Positions 30,779-41,411 of a DNA stretch of 64,000 bases are shown here, piece by piece. The notes under the pieces were generated by a model that saw only the letters and a program-made list of their open reading frames with translations, did not search any database and was not told the DNA's origin. How positions within the stretch are numbered: position 1 is the first letter of the stretch; every line of letters begins with the position of its first letter. The stretch comes from a bacterium (GTDB lineage Bacteria > Zhuqueibacterota > Zhuqueibacteria > Residuimicrobiales > Krinioviventaceae): the NCBI GenBank assembly GCA_963675755.2, contig CAXXMD010000003.1, forward strand, positions 2,688,001 through 2,752,000, given 5' to 3'. A program made the translations under genes and the position numbers.

Positions 30779-32734
30779 ATGGGACCGTTTAAGGGGATGT
30801 TGAAAGTAGTATTACCGCTGTTATTAATTTTTTGTGTTGATTCTGGTTTTGGGCAATTGTTATTTCATGGCCTGGGGTATATACCTGAAACTCAACGGGT
30901 GGATTGGAGTTCTGCGGGACTTGTTTCAACTGAAAGACGTGTAGCTGATCATGTGTTTGATGTAACGAAGGAGCCGGGTGAAACACTGTACCAACAGTTT
31001 TATTCCGCATTAGACAAGGCCAGAACATTTTCCGCATTACCTTTTAATGAAATGTCGGTAATCTATTTCCCTGGTGGTGAATATTTTTTGGATTTTCCTA
31101 TATCTTTTTCATATGGTGATAGTAATATAGTCATTCAGGGAAACGGTGCCGGGGGAGAGAATCCCACTGTTTTAAATTTTCAGGTGGGTAATGATAGGAA
31201 TTGTATTGTAGCCAGAGGTTACCCCATTGGAAATGCCGTTCAACTGAATGAGAATATACCCAAGAATACCAATATATTATGTCTTGGCCAGAACAGTCCC
31301 ATAGAGCTTCAAAGGGATGACTGGGTAATATTTTGGGAAGAGGCATTACCCGAGGCTGCAGGATATTCAATTGGGCAGGTAGAGCAAGTCTGTTCAGTAT
31401 CTTTAAATCAAATAAAATTAAAAGAGAGCGCTTCAAAAGACTATTCAATATCTAACCGAATTTGGGTACAGCAAATCAGACCGGTTAAAAATATTGGTAT
31501 AGAGAATCTCAAAATTGTGCGTTTGGATGAAGAAAAATCAACAGAAAATTTGTATGATAAAGGGTGTAATGTCTATTTGCATAATGCGGTCAATTGCTGG
31601 GTCCGGGGTGTTGAATTTGAGCAGACTTGCAGACACCACATTTTTGCTATTTACTGTTCTCATATTGAGATCAGTGGCTGCTATTTTCATGAGTCCCGTT
31701 GCTATGGCGGTAATTCTTATGGTTATGGTGTGATTCTGGCAAACAACAGTACCCATTGTCTCGTTGAAAATAATATTTTTCAGAAATTGCGACATGCCAT
31801 GTCTTTGTCTGTTGGGGCTAATTGTAATGTAGTAGCATTTAATTATTCTACGGATCAGTATTCTACTATGGCTTTTGGCGGGAGTGAAATCAAGTACCCT
31901 GATTCAGATATTTGCATTCATGGTCGTTATTCTTTTGCCAATTTGTACGAGTATAACAGGGTTGTGTTTATTGAAGCAGATGATGTACATGGCAATAATG
32001 GCCCTTTTAATGTGTTTTTGCGTAATATGGCGCAGTTTCAACTTGTTCTATGCAATACTCCCGATGCTGGTGTGATGGGATGCGTTATTCCATCGGTCGC
32101 ACCATACGGTTCTACCAGTTTTAGCCGGTTATGCTATGCCCAAAATTTTTGTTGTCTTGCAGATTCTTTTACCTGGATATCTCATGGCGAGATATTCAAT
32201 GACTCTGTCGAACCTTGTGCCGTTCTTAAGGATGTGTCGTATTATTACAGTGAACGTCCTGATTTTTTTGGACCGGAATGTGACTGGCCAACCATAGGCC
32301 CGGCTGCCTATAGAGGGGGACAATATGGGGATAACGAAATACCTGCTTACACGCGTTTTGATTATTCATGCAAGACATTTATTGAAAATACAACGAACGT
32401 TGAGGGACGGACGCCTTCAACAGGGATTACTGAAGCGGATTGTACGCAATCGGGAACGGATTTTACACTTCAAGACTGCTATCCCAATCCCTTTAATATG
32501 CGCACGGTTATTCAATATGCCTTGTACAAGGACAGTCATGTTCAGGTGGATATATTTAATATTTTGGGACAAAAAGTAGCTGCGCTTGTTGATGAAAAAC
32601 AGATCAAAGGGGTATATCAAGCATCCTGGAACGGGCGTACTGAGACAGGCCAGCCGGTGAGCAGCGGTGTATACCTGTGCCGGATAAACGTCGGGGGAGA
32701 GGTTGAAACCCGAACCATGATGTTGTTAAAATAG
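30779..32734 (+). CDS. secreted pectate-lyase-like parallel beta-helix protein with a C-terminal sorting domain
   Basis: VIYFPGGEY, NIGIENLKI, NCWVRGVEF, GYGVILA...CLVENNIFQKLRHAM, CYPNPFN C-terminal domain. Confidence 0.78.
   Translation: MGPFKGMLKVVLPLLLIFCVDSGFGQLLFHGLGYIPETQRVDWSSAGLVSTERRVADHVFDVTKEPGETLYQQFYSALDKARTFSALPFNEMSVIYFPGGEYFLDFPISFSYGDSNIVIQGNGAGGENPTVLNFQVGNDRNCIVARGYPIGNAVQLNENIPKNTNILCLGQNSPIELQRDDWVIFWEEALPEAAGYSIGQVEQVCSVSLNQIKLKESASKDYSISNRIWVQQIRPVKNIGIENLKIVRLDEEKSTENLYDKGCNVYLHNAVNCWVRGVEFEQTCRHHIFAIYCSHIEISGCYFHESRCYGGNSYGYGVILANNSTHCLVENNIFQKLRHAMSLSVGANCNVVAFNYSTDQYSTMAFGGSEIKYPDSDICIHGRYSFANLYEYNRVVFIEADDVHGNNGPFNVFLRNMAQFQLVLCNTPDAGVMGCVIPSVAPYGSTSFSRLCYAQNFCCLADSFTWISHGEIFNDSVEPCAVLKDVSYYYSERPDFFGPECDWPTIGPAAYRGGQYGDNEIPAYTRFDYSCKTFIENTTNVEGRTPSTGITEADCTQSGTDFTLQDCYPNPFNMRTVIQYALYKDSHVQVDIFNILGQKVAALVDEKQIKGVYQASWNGRTETGQPVSSGVYLCRINVGGEVETRTMMLLK
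32481..32733 (+). repeat. direct repeat of C-terminal-domain coding DNA, copy 2
   Basis: See 30491-30743. Confidence 0.9.
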
Positions 32735-32750
32735 GATTTTGGAGATTATT

Positions 32751-35603
32751 ATGAAAAAGTACAGTCTGTTTATGTTTTTTGTATTGTTTTCCGGGATTAC
32801 ATCGGCTGTACCGTTGCGTTATGGATTTGTTGTTTCAGAAACCGCAAAGGTGTATGCAGATTCCAGTTTGGGTTCAGAAGTGCTTGAAACGCTCGAAATG
32901 ACAGATTACCGGTTGGTGGCGGGTGGTGAACAAATAGATGAATTTGGTTATAAATATAATTTTGATTCCAGAGGTCTAATTAAAATTTTAACATCTGATA
33001 ATGTTTGGGGTTGGATAGATACTGACAGTTTAATTGTTTATACACATCATATAACATATCTTTCAAGAAAAGGAGATTCGTATTATAAAGATCCAGACAC
33101 GACTGCTGAACGTAAGTTGATATCCGCACAAGACGATTATTGGCCTGTGTTGGACGTTGAACATAAAAAAGAAAAGTACTGGCTTAAAGCTGCCCGAAAT
33201 GGAAAATTTTACTGGTTTATAACGGATTCTTTAATCTTTGAACCTCAGGATGCTTATTATGATGTTGCTACAAGAATTGCCAGATCATATCGTGACAGAA
33301 GAACAGGTAAATATATTAACAGCGACAAAGAAAAAGCATACAAGTTTGCGCATAAATTTCAAAAATCCTTTAATCCTGATAGTATCACCTGTGTAGCAAG
33401 TTATGATGGTGAAGTGGGGAATTCGTATTTGGGTACTGGTGCTTTTGGTTATTTTATGATTTATAGAATTGCCAAAAGACATCACGATTGGGATATTGCC
33501 ACAGAGGCTCTTTATGATATGGAACAAAAGTATCCTGAACAAAAGTTTTATCGTGGCAAGGCAGGACCCTTTGCTTATTTGGAGTTGATAAATCTATTAA
33601 GTAAGGATATAAAAGATGTTGATAGAGCAATTGATGTGTGTAAAGATACTATTTTGAAATTTCCTTATGTTGTTCTTGAAGCCGAAGAATCTACATTGCG
33701 ATTAGATATTTATACTGCAGAAAAAATTTTAGAAAACCTTGTTGATCAAGATTTGTTATTATTCCTCGAGAATGGAGATTGGCTAATAAATATTGGTGAA
33801 AATCCGGCCGTTAAACTGTTAGGATATAAAGCTAAAGCCCAATATTACGCCCGAGAACATGATTGGTTAAGATTAGAGGAGACTGTATATAAAGCTATAT
33901 CCCAATATCCTGATGAATATCGGTTTTATTATTTGAGTACAAAAAATTATACTTGTGATGTATTAGATATTTTGTTTGAAACATTGATGAAAGAACATAT
34001 TTATGACCGGTATTTCACGCTTACAGAAAAATGGAAAACTGAGTTTATACAATATCCAATAGGAGGATATTGTGCGTTTAAGCAGGCAGAGATGGTTGAT
34101 CGGACACAGGGCGATATTTCGACCGTTCTTGGTATGTATAAAAATACAATCGATATGTTTAATGTCGATCAATCAAATACGTCATCAAATAGACAACTAA
34201 TTGGTGTTGTTCTTGCAAAAGCACGATATAATGCGATTTTGGAGAGTGTCAAAGCACAATTCAGAATTGTATCTGATTCAACAATCGTGTTTTCTGGTCA
34301 AGGGGAGGATTTCCCCATTGTTGATGTATTATATGAAAACGATCTGGTTGAAAGTATATATACTGACATCAATTTATTAGATTATGCGGACAATAGATCC
34401 AGGCGAATTCGATTCGCCCATTTTATAAAAATTAAATTTAATAATGATAGAATTGGGTGGGTGGAATATGATCGCGTAGAGAAAATTGATGATAATGTTA
34501 TTTATGAAAACACGAACAAACGATCCTGGTGCATGAGGAATGGTGATGCGGACAATAATTTGTTTTTCCCTGGCCCTGATATTATATCTCCAACAATATT
34601 TTTAAATTTGGGCAAGCTTGATATGGCCAGTGTTAGATTTTATGATAATAATGAGGATAATGTATTAGATGTTTTTGCAAGAGGTGGAAATAGTGGTTAT
34701 AATGTTTTAGATGGTAAATCTTTTCAGCCAATTGCAAGAGTGCATAATAATAGAGGTATAGCACCTATTATTAAAAATGGTATACTGATACTGCAAAGTC
34801 ATAATAATAAAAGAGATCGTAACAAAAAATTAAAAGCATTTGATATAAAAGCTAATAAAGAATTATGGGAAAGAAATGCAGGTTTTCAAGTAGTTGCTAT
34901 TGCATATGAGAATAAAGTTTACCAAGTAATTATGGATGCTAATCATTTTTCAACATTAGAGTGCCTTGATATTCAATCCGGGATTGAATTGTGGAAGTCA
35001 GAACCCCATTGGTTTCATTGTTCAGGAATTGGTGTAAATGATGTTGCTCTTGTTACTGTTCATTCGGACTCTATTAGAGCGTATGACCCATCTGAAGGAA
35101 TTTATTTGTGGGGAAAACAGGGCAATAGATGGACAGGCTTTCCAGTTATGGATGATAAGAATGTATTTGTATCAATGACTAATAAGTCTTTATGCTCTAT
35201 AGATTTAAACACTGGTCAAGAAAATTGGGTTGCTCGTGGACTTTGGGAAGGGGAAATTAATTTTTCTATATCACCTTTAGTAACCTTTGATAAAGTGATT
35301 TATTCTCCAACAATTAATACAATAGTTGCAATTGATAAAATGTCAGGTAAAAATGTTTGGACTCGGCAATTTGAAAACAAGATCATTTCCATGTGTGCAA
35401 GTGATAATATGTTGTATGTTTATGTTGCTGATGAAAATACAAGGTCTATCTCGACAAAAGAGAATCTCTTTGGTATAAATTGTAAAACCGGAAATATAGT
35501 TTGGGGAAAGCACTTTTCATCCAGAAAAGAGGTTATTTATCAATCAGGGAGATTATTTATTGATACTAATAATGGTGTGTTGGTTTTGAGTAACGATAAT
35601 TAG
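32751..35603 (+). CDS. paralogue of 27571-30744 (SH3-TPR-SH3-PQQ propeller) lacking the C-terminal sorting domain
   Basis: Start ATG 32751 after GGAG. N-terminus VPLRYGFVVSETAKVYADSSLGSEVLETLEMT matches LPLRYGFVLSGEATVYADSSLGAEVLETLQMT. Ends at YQSGRLFIDTNNGVLVL, equivalent to YQAGKLFISGESGVVIV. Confidence 0.8.
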   Translation: MKKYSLFMFFVLFSGITSAVPLRYGFVVSETAKVYADSSLGSEVLETLEMTDYRLVAGGEQIDEFGYKYNFDSRGLIKILTSDNVWGWIDTDSLIVYTHHITYLSRKGDSYYKDPDTTAERKLISAQDDYWPVLDVEHKKEKYWLKAARNGKFYWFITDSLIFEPQDAYYDVATRIARSYRDRRTGKYINSDKEKAYKFAHKFQKSFNPDSITCVASYDGEVGNSYLGTGAFGYFMIYRIAKRHHDWDIATEALYDMEQKYPEQKFYRGKAGPFAYLELINLLSKDIKDVDRAIDVCKDTILKFPYVVLEAEESTLRLDIYTAEKILENLVDQDLLLFLENGDWLINIGENPAVKLLGYKAKAQYYAREHDWLRLEETVYKAISQYPDEYRFYYLSTKNYTCDVLDILFETLMKEHIYDRYFTLTEKWKTEFIQYPIGGYCAFKQAEMVDRTQGDISTVLGMYKNTIDMFNVDQSNTSSNRQLIGVVLAKARYNAILESVKAQFRIVSDSTIVFSGQGEDFPIVDVLYENDLVESIYTDINLLDYADNRSRRIRFAHFIKIKFNNDRIGWVEYDRVEKIDDNVIYENTNKRSWCMRNGDADNNLFFPGPDIISPTIFLNLGKLDMASVRFYDNNEDNVLDVFARGGNSGYNVLDGKSFQPIARVHNNRGIAPIIKNGILILQSHNNKRDRNKKLKAFDIKANKELWERNAGFQVVAIAYENKVYQVIMDANHFSTLECLDIQSGIELWKSEPHWFHCSGIGVNDVALVTVHSDSIRAYDPSEGIYLWGKQGNRWTGFPVMDDKNVFVSMTNKSLCSIDLNTGQENWVARGLWEGEINFSISPLVTFDKVIYSPTINTIVAIDKMSGKNVWTRQFENKIISMCASDNMLYVYVADENTRSISTKENLFGINCKTGNIVWGKHFSSRKEVIYQSGRLFIDTNNGVLVLSNDN

Positions 35604-35617
35604 AAAAGATGGTTTGT

Positions 35618-37063
35618 TTATATATTACTAACCAAATTGCAATAGATTACAGTTTTATACCCTTTATTCAACGTATGCATCTTGGCATTTACGGATTTTA
35701 GCCAGTCATCCAGTTTTTTACCAAGTTCTTGCACCTTTTCAGGCATTTGTTCGTACAGGTCATGCTGTTCGCTGAGGTCATTTGACAGATCATAAAGCTC
35801 GGTTTTTACGGGATCGTAAAAACGTAAGAGTTTGTATTGTCCGTCACGGATTGCCGCGGCCGGCTGTTTGGCCTGGGGACTGTAGTGGGGATAGTACCAG
35901 TACAATTCACGTTCTGCGAGTTGAGTGTTGCCCGTCAGTACGGATTTCAAGCTGGCACCCTCAACGTCTTGAGATATTTGCGAGTTGTGAACAATCTCTG
36001 CGATTGTGGGGAGAATGTCGTGGCTGATGACTGGTGTATTATTTATAGAACCCGATTTGACCTTGCCCGGCCATTTAACAATCATGGGCACACGGATACC
36101 ACCCTCGTATAGAAATCCTTTGCCGGCGCGCAGGGGAGCGTTATTAGTAACCGTTGCCAGTCCGCCATTGTCGCTCACCAGAATTACCAGCGTGTTGTTG
36201 TCAATCTGTTTTTCTTGCAGATATGCCATTAAACGGCCCACATTGGTATCCACTTTTTCCACCATGGCGGCATAGACAGCGTTTTTTTGAGATTTGTCTC
36301 GTTCGAGTTTCTTTTCATATTTTTCAATCAACTCCTGCGGCGCCTGTAGTGGTGTGTGCACGGCATAGTAGGGGAGATAGACGAAAAAGGGCTGCTCGCC
36401 GGATTCCTGCATAAAGTTAATGGCTTCGTCTGTTAAGCGATCTGTAAGATACTCGCCCGGTTTACCACCATGCAGGGTGGGTATGCCGGGATTCCATTCT
36501 TTGTCCGGATCGGTATAGGGCCAAAAATATCCCGGTGGACTGCCGTGATTATAACCTGCAATATTGACATCGAATCCCTGTGCGGTGGGGTAATACTTTT
36601 CCTCATCACCAACATGCCACTTGCCGATACTGGCACTGCGGTAACCGGCAGGCTTGAGCGCTTCGGCAATAGTAATCTCTTTTAAACGGATGTGCATAAG
36701 ATCGTCCGGCGGGATGATTCGCGAATTCTCGGGATGGCGGTGTCTGCCAATCGCAGTAATATGGCCGGTAAACTGTAATTTTGCGGGACTCTTGCCGGTG
36801 AGTAGTGCCGCGCGTGTTGGGGAGCATACAGGACACGATGCGTAAGCATTGGTAAAACGCATGCCCTGGCTTGCGAGCCGGTCTATATGGGGCGACTCAT
36901 AAAAGGAACTGCCGTAACAGCCCAAATCCGTCCAACCGAGATCGTCCACTACAATCAGCAGGACGTTGGGATTCGTCTGCTTTTTTGTACAGGCAGTAAA
37001 TGCACCTGTAGTCATTGCGGTTGCTCCGAGTGCAAAGGATTTTAGAAATTTTCGGCGATGCAT
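35618..37063 (-). CDS. Tat-exported sulfatase (S1 family)
   Basis: MHRRKFLK from ATG 37063. PNVLLIVVDDLGWTD, CSPTR, GKWHVG, SDNGG, LYEGGIRVP. Confidence 0.93.
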   Translation of the reverse strand: MHRRKFLKSFALGATAMTTGAFTACTKKQTNPNVLLIVVDDLGWTDLGCYGSSFYESPHIDRLASQGMRFTNAYASCPVCSPTRAALLTGKSPAKLQFTGHITAIGRHRHPENSRIIPPDDLMHIRLKEITIAEALKPAGYRSASIGKWHVGDEEKYYPTAQGFDVNIAGYNHGSPPGYFWPYTDPDKEWNPGIPTLHGGKPGEYLTDRLTDEAINFMQESGEQPFFVYLPYYAVHTPLQAPQELIEKYEKKLERDKSQKNAVYAAMVEKVDTNVGRLMAYLQEKQIDNNTLVILVSDNGGLATVTNNAPLRAGKGFLYEGGIRVPMIVKWPGKVKSGSINNTPVISHDILPTIAEIVHNSQISQDVEGASLKSVLTGNTQLAERELYWYYPHYSPQAKQPAAAIRDGQYKLLRFYDPVKTELYDLSNDLSEQHDLYEQMPEKVQELGKKLDDWLKSVNAKMHTLNKGYKTVIYCNLVSNI

Positions 37064-37071
37064 AGGTGGCC

Positions 37072-37740
37072 TCAAAAGTGAGCGGTTAGCAGGTTTGTTG
37101 ATATTGTCTTGTTGTTTAATTTAAAAAATGTTTGTTCATTATCAACCTTGAATGATGGAATACCAAAACATAGTTTGTCTTTTTCAATATTCAGCATGCC
37201 CCAGGAATCGTCATTGTTTTCTGCTTTTATCTTGTCCGAAAGATTGTAGCCTATGATTGAACCTGCTGTTGTGGTTGCAAAAGTGAAGATAATTTGTACA
37301 AGAGCTTCCCAACCATCATTATCTGCTTCAAGAAATAATAGCGTACCCACACCTAATCCTACGGTGCTTCCCAGAAATGTTGCTGCAAATGAGCCGTTGT
37401 GCCCCTTGATTTTGCTGATCAGATAAACGCCCAAGGTGCTTCCTACTGTATAGCCACCTAAATATGACCATAAAACAGTTTTGTTTTGGTCATCTTTTGG
37501 ATTAACAATAAGACAAGTCGCATAGCCCATACCAAGGCCTGCTATAGTACTGAATCTATATTGCCACGTAGAAAGGCTTGGTTCATCATATTTGACTGAA
37601 ATAAATTTGGCACTTTGTTCAAGTGTAGAGGCTACATCATACGCGTTTTCTACAGATAAACCCGAATTTTGATATACAAGAGATTGTCCAAATACCGCAA
37701 TGCTTGTTAATAGCAATATACTGATGGTGCGGATTATCAT
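37072..37740 (-). CDS. hypothetical exported/membrane protein with Gly-rich hydrophobic helices
   Basis: Signal peptide, several GxxxG-rich hydrophobic segments, C-terminal Phe. GGGGG RBS. Confidence 0.6.
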   Translation of the reverse strand: MIIRTISILLLTSIAVFGQSLVYQNSGLSVENAYDVASTLEQSAKFISVKYDEPSLSTWQYRFSTIAGLGMGYATCLIVNPKDDQNKTVLWSYLGGYTVGSTLGVYLISKIKGHNGSFAATFLGSTVGLGVGTLLFLEADNDGWEALVQIIFTFATTTAGSIIGYNLSDKIKAENNDDSWGMLNIEKDKLCFGIPSFKVDNEQTFFKLNNKTISTNLLTAHF

Positions 37741-37811
37741 AATACCCCCTTGGCGTGTTAAGAGTCTGTAGTTATTATGATTTATTATATTAAAAAGTAA
37801 ATTATTTGGTC

Positions 37812-38639
37812 TTAATGTTCAATCTTTTTGCCTAAAATGATCTCTGCAACCAGATTGGGGCGTGTTTGGGCACCGCTTGCTAGGGTGCGCAGATTATCAT
37901 TTGCTGATGCTTTGATGCCGCCAGCCTTTAACCTGTCGAGTCCGGTTTGCACATCAATTCCCGCTTCACTGCACACCTGGGCAACGGATTTTTGTCCCCA
38001 GCCGCCACCTTGACCGCTTGCATTGGATAGCTGCTTTGACTGGGTTGCTCTGTAAATATCCGCGGGAGAGATGTTGTTATTTTGGGCGATGGTTTTAATC
38101 GTTTGATCAGGAGTGAATTGCCAGTTGTGCCGCTGCATACTTTGTCCAAAGCGTTCAATGTCCAGATTGATTTGTTTACAGAATTCATTAACTGTCATTT
38201 CTTCAGCATGGGGAATAGGGGGCTGGTTTTCAGCTTCGTATGCCCAATAGTCTTTTATGTCTGTATTCCAACGGATTATTGTGGCAAAGGGTTGAATATC
38301 TGCAACGGATGCCCAGATTATAAAAAGTGAAAAAACAAGCGCAAGCGCAAGCTCTAGTTTCAAATTCATGGCTTTTTTGAATCTGCTGTAAATGTAGCCT
38401 GTTATGGCTCGCCAGTTGTAATAAATATGAAATGCGGCTATGATAAAAAATATCAAAGATGAATTGATATGCAAAGCGCCCCATGTTTCTTTATCAAGAC
38501 CCCAAAACGTCCAGTTGGTCCAGTGGGCGATTTTTCCCTGGGGTGTGAAATAGAGAACAATACCAGATATGAGTGATATGATAAAACTAAACGTGTTCAA
38601 TAGCGAAACAAAACCGCGGTACCTGAAATTCTTTTTCAT
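37812..38639 (-). CDS. DUF4405-domain membrane protein
   Basis: ISGIVLYFTPQG...FWGLDKETWGALH...FHIYYNW, with two conserved His in TM helices (cytochrome-b-like). Soluble C-terminus. Confidence 0.75.
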   Translation of the reverse strand: MKKNFRYRGFVSLLNTFSFIISLISGIVLYFTPQGKIAHWTNWTFWGLDKETWGALHINSSLIFFIIAAFHIYYNWRAITGYIYSRFKKAMNLKLELALALVFSLFIIWASVADIQPFATIIRWNTDIKDYWAYEAENQPPIPHAEEMTVNEFCKQINLDIERFGQSMQRHNWQFTPDQTIKTIAQNNNISPADIYRATQSKQLSNASGQGGGWGQKSVAQVCSEAGIDVQTGLDRLKAGGIKASANDNLRTLASGAQTRPNLVAEIILGKKIEH

Positions 38640-38723
38640 ATGTACTTCCTCAAAAAATATTCAAATTTCGATTAATTTAAGAAATTTGGGAATAAGAACA
38701 AAATAGTATCTGTTGAATGATTT

Positions 38724-38748
38724 AAATGAGACTAAAATGGTCCTATTT
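38724..38748. promoter_or_regulatory. candidate Rrf2 operator upstream of the suf operon
   Basis: Imperfect inverted repeat AAATGAGAC-N7-GTCCTATTT, ending 9 bp before ATG 38758. Confidence 0.5.
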
Positions 38749-38757
38749 GAGAGAAGG

Positions 38758-39159
38758 ATGTTTAAACTAAGTAAAAAGACAGAATACGGCCTGCTGGCCC
38801 TGCAGTATTTGGCTGATAGACCCGAAAATGTGGCAACGGTAAGAGAGATTGCAGAGTTTCACAATGTCTCTAAAACTTTGCTTGCAAAAGTACTGCAAAT
38901 GCTTGCAAGAAAGAATATAGTTGAATCAGTACAGGGCGCTCAAGGCGGTTATGTCATTGCTGATGATATAGATAATATTACCATAGCGCGAATCTTGGAG
39001 GCTATCGATGGCCCTATACACATAACGGATTGTTATGATAAAGAATCCGGATGTGATCGTACTCGTGATTGCACGCTGAAACATCGTTTTGTACCCATAC
39101 AAAAAGGTATAATGCAGCAATTGAGCAGTATGTCACTCGCGCAGTTTTTTAAGGAGTAA
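38758..39159 (+). CDS. Rrf2 family (IscR-like) transcriptional regulator of suf
   Basis: [15 protein letters not shown]...[25 protein letters not shown]...ILEAIDGP, with three Cys ([14 protein letters not shown]). Confidence 0.9.
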   Translation: MFKLSKKTEYGLLALQYLADRPENVATVREIAEFHNVSKTLLAKVLQMLARKNIVESVQGAQGGYVIADDIDNITIARILEAIDGPIHITDCYDKESGCDRTRDCTLKHRFVPIQKGIMQQLSSMSLAQFFKE

Positions 39160-39161
39160 TT

Positions 39162-40610
39162 ATGGCAAGTGAAACAGATTTTTTAAATGAATTTGCAAAC
39201 CGTGAGTATAAATACGGATTTGTTTCTGATATTGAGAGCGAGGCGGTTCCAAAGGGATTGAATGAGGATGTGATCCGTTTGATCTCGGCAAAAAAGGAGG
39301 AGCCCGAGTTTTTGCTTGAATGGCGCTTGAAAGCGTTTCGTCATTGGCAAACCATGAAAGAACCGAGCTGGGCCAATGTGAAATATGATCCAATCGATTA
39401 TCAGGATATTGTTTATTATTCCGCTCCCAAGAGCAAGGCAGATGGCCCCAAGAGCCTGGAAGAGGTGGATCCAGCAATTCTTGAAATGTATAACAAACTC
39501 GGCATCCCCCTGGAGGAACAGGAAGTTTTGGCGGGTGTGGCCGTTGATGCTGTGCTTGACAGTGTCTCTGTTGCGACTACGTTTAAAGAAAAATTGTCCG
39601 AGTTGGGCATTATTTTTTGTTCATTCTCAGAAGCGGTAAAAAATCATCCGGACCTGGTAAAACAGTACCTGGGAAGTGTGGTGCCCTATACAGATAACTT
39701 TTTTGCGGCCTTGAATTCCGCAGTGTTTAGTGACGGATCGTTTGTTTTTATTCCCAAAGGTGTCAGGTGTCCCATGGAGCTGTCTACTTATTTCCGTATC
39801 AATGCGGCAAATACCGGACAGTTTGAGAGAACGCTGATTATTGCAGAAGATGACAGCTATGTCAGTTATTTGGAAGGCTGTACAGCCCCCATGCGGGATG
39901 AAAATCAACTTCACGCCGCGGTTGTAGAATTGGTGGCATTGGATAATGCTCAGATTAAATACTCTACCGTTCAAAACTGGTATCCGGGAGACAAGGATGG
40001 TAAAGGCGGTATCTATAATTTTGTTACAAAACGTGGTTTGGCCAAAGGTGTGAACTCTAAAATCTCATGGACACAGGTTGAAACTGGTTCTGCAATTACC
40101 TGGAAATACCCGGGTTGTGTGTTGCAGGGTGATGGATCCGTTGGCGAGTTTTATTCCGTGGCGTTGACTGCAAACAGACAGCAGGCCGATACGGGTACCA
40201 AGATGGTGCACATTGGCAAGAATACAAAAAGTACCATCATTTCTAAAGGTATCTCTGCGGGATTTGGACAAAACAGTTACCGTGGACAGGTCAAGGTGCT
40301 AAAAGGTGCAACCAACGCGCGTAATTTTTCACAATGTGATTCCATGCTTATTGGTGACAAATGCGGTGCGCATACATTCCCTTATATTGAAGTGAAAAAC
40401 AGCACCGCCCAGGTTGAGCACGAGGCAACCACCTCGAAAATTGGTGAAGATCAGATATTTTACTGTAATCAACGTGGTATCAGTACCGAGGATGCAGTAT
40501 CTATGATTGTAAATGGTTTTTGTAAAGAAGTATTGGCAGAGTTGCCCATGGAGTTTGCGGTTGAAGCGCAAAAGCTGTTGGGTGTTAGCCTTGAAGGCAG
40601 TGTAGGATAA
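39162..40610 (+). CDS. sufB: Fe-S cluster assembly protein SufB
   Basis: [51 protein letters not shown]. Confidence 0.98.
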   Translation: MASETDFLNEFANREYKYGFVSDIESEAVPKGLNEDVIRLISAKKEEPEFLLEWRLKAFRHWQTMKEPSWANVKYDPIDYQDIVYYSAPKSKADGPKSLEEVDPAILEMYNKLGIPLEEQEVLAGVAVDAVLDSVSVATTFKEKLSELGIIFCSFSEAVKNHPDLVKQYLGSVVPYTDNFFAALNSAVFSDGSFVFIPKGVRCPMELSTYFRINAANTGQFERTLIIAEDDSYVSYLEGCTAPMRDENQLHAAVVELVALDNAQIKYSTVQNWYPGDKDGKGGIYNFVTKRGLAKGVNSKISWTQVETGSAITWKYPGCVLQGDGSVGEFYSVALTANRQQADTGTKMVHIGKNTKSTIISKGISAGFGQNSYRGQVKVLKGATNARNFSQCDSMLIGDKCGAHTFPYIEVKNSTAQVEHEATTSKIGEDQIFYCNQRGISTEDAVSMIVNGFCKEVLAELPMEFAVEAQKLLGVSLEGSVG

Positions 40611-40634
40611 GGATAACGTTTTTTGGAGATAAAT

Positions 40635-41399
40635 ATGTTAACTATAAAAAATTTACATGCTTCCGTTGAAGGAAATGAAATTTTAAAAGGTATAGATTTA
40701 GAGGTCAAAGCGGGTGAGATTCATGCAATTATGGGCCCCAATGGCTCAGGAAAGAGTACTCTGGCATCTGTATTGGCGGGTCGAGAAGAGTATGAGGTGA
40801 CGGACGGTTCGGTTGATTTTGATGGGAGTGACCTTTTAGATATGGATCCTGAAGACCGCGCCAGAGAAGGATTGTTTCTGGCTTTTCAGTACCCTGTAGA
40901 GATTCCGGGTGTAAATACATCCTATTTCTTGCGTACAGCTTTGAATGAAAAACTGGATTATCAGGGCAAGGATAAAATCAGCGCCGGCGCCTTTTTAAAA
41001 CTGTTGCGTGAAAAAATGAAGCTCGTACAAATGGATGAAAAGTTTTTAAAACGTGCTGTAAATGAAGGTTTTTCCGGTGGTGAGAAAAAACGTAACGAGA
41101 TTTTGCAAATGGCAGTACTTGAGCCTAAACTTGCCGTGCTTGATGAAACCGATTCCGGTTTGGATATTGATGCGCTCAAGATTGTTGCCAATGGTGTGAA
41201 TACATTACGCAGTAAAGATAATGCGGTTATAGTTGTAACCCACTATCAGCGTTTACTTGATTATATTGTACCGGATTATGTGCATGTGTTATACAAGGGC
41301 AAAATTGTTAAATCCGGAGATAAAACACTGGCCCGTGAACTTGAAAAGCAGGGTTATGACTGGTTAAAAGAGCAGGAACCTGCAGCGGCTAATGTTTAG
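40635..41399 (+). CDS. sufC: Fe-S cluster assembly ATPase SufC
   Basis: [43 protein letters not shown]. Confidence 0.98.
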   Translation: MLTIKNLHASVEGNEILKGIDLEVKAGEIHAIMGPNGSGKSTLASVLAGREEYEVTDGSVDFDGSDLLDMDPEDRAREGLFLAFQYPVEIPGVNTSYFLRTALNEKLDYQGKDKISAGAFLKLLREKMKLVQMDEKFLKRAVNEGFSGGEKKRNEILQMAVLEPKLAVLDETDSGLDIDALKIVANGVNTLRSKDNAVIVVTHYQRLLDYIVPDYVHVLYKGKIVKSGDKTLARELEKQGYDWLKEQEPAAANV

Positions 41400-41411
41400 G
41401 AGTGTGAGATT

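Noticed and set aside
30491-32733. DGR repeats or IS terminal repeats
   Set aside because: Both copies are in-frame coding ends of intact genes, with no adenine bias, reverse transcriptase or transposase.
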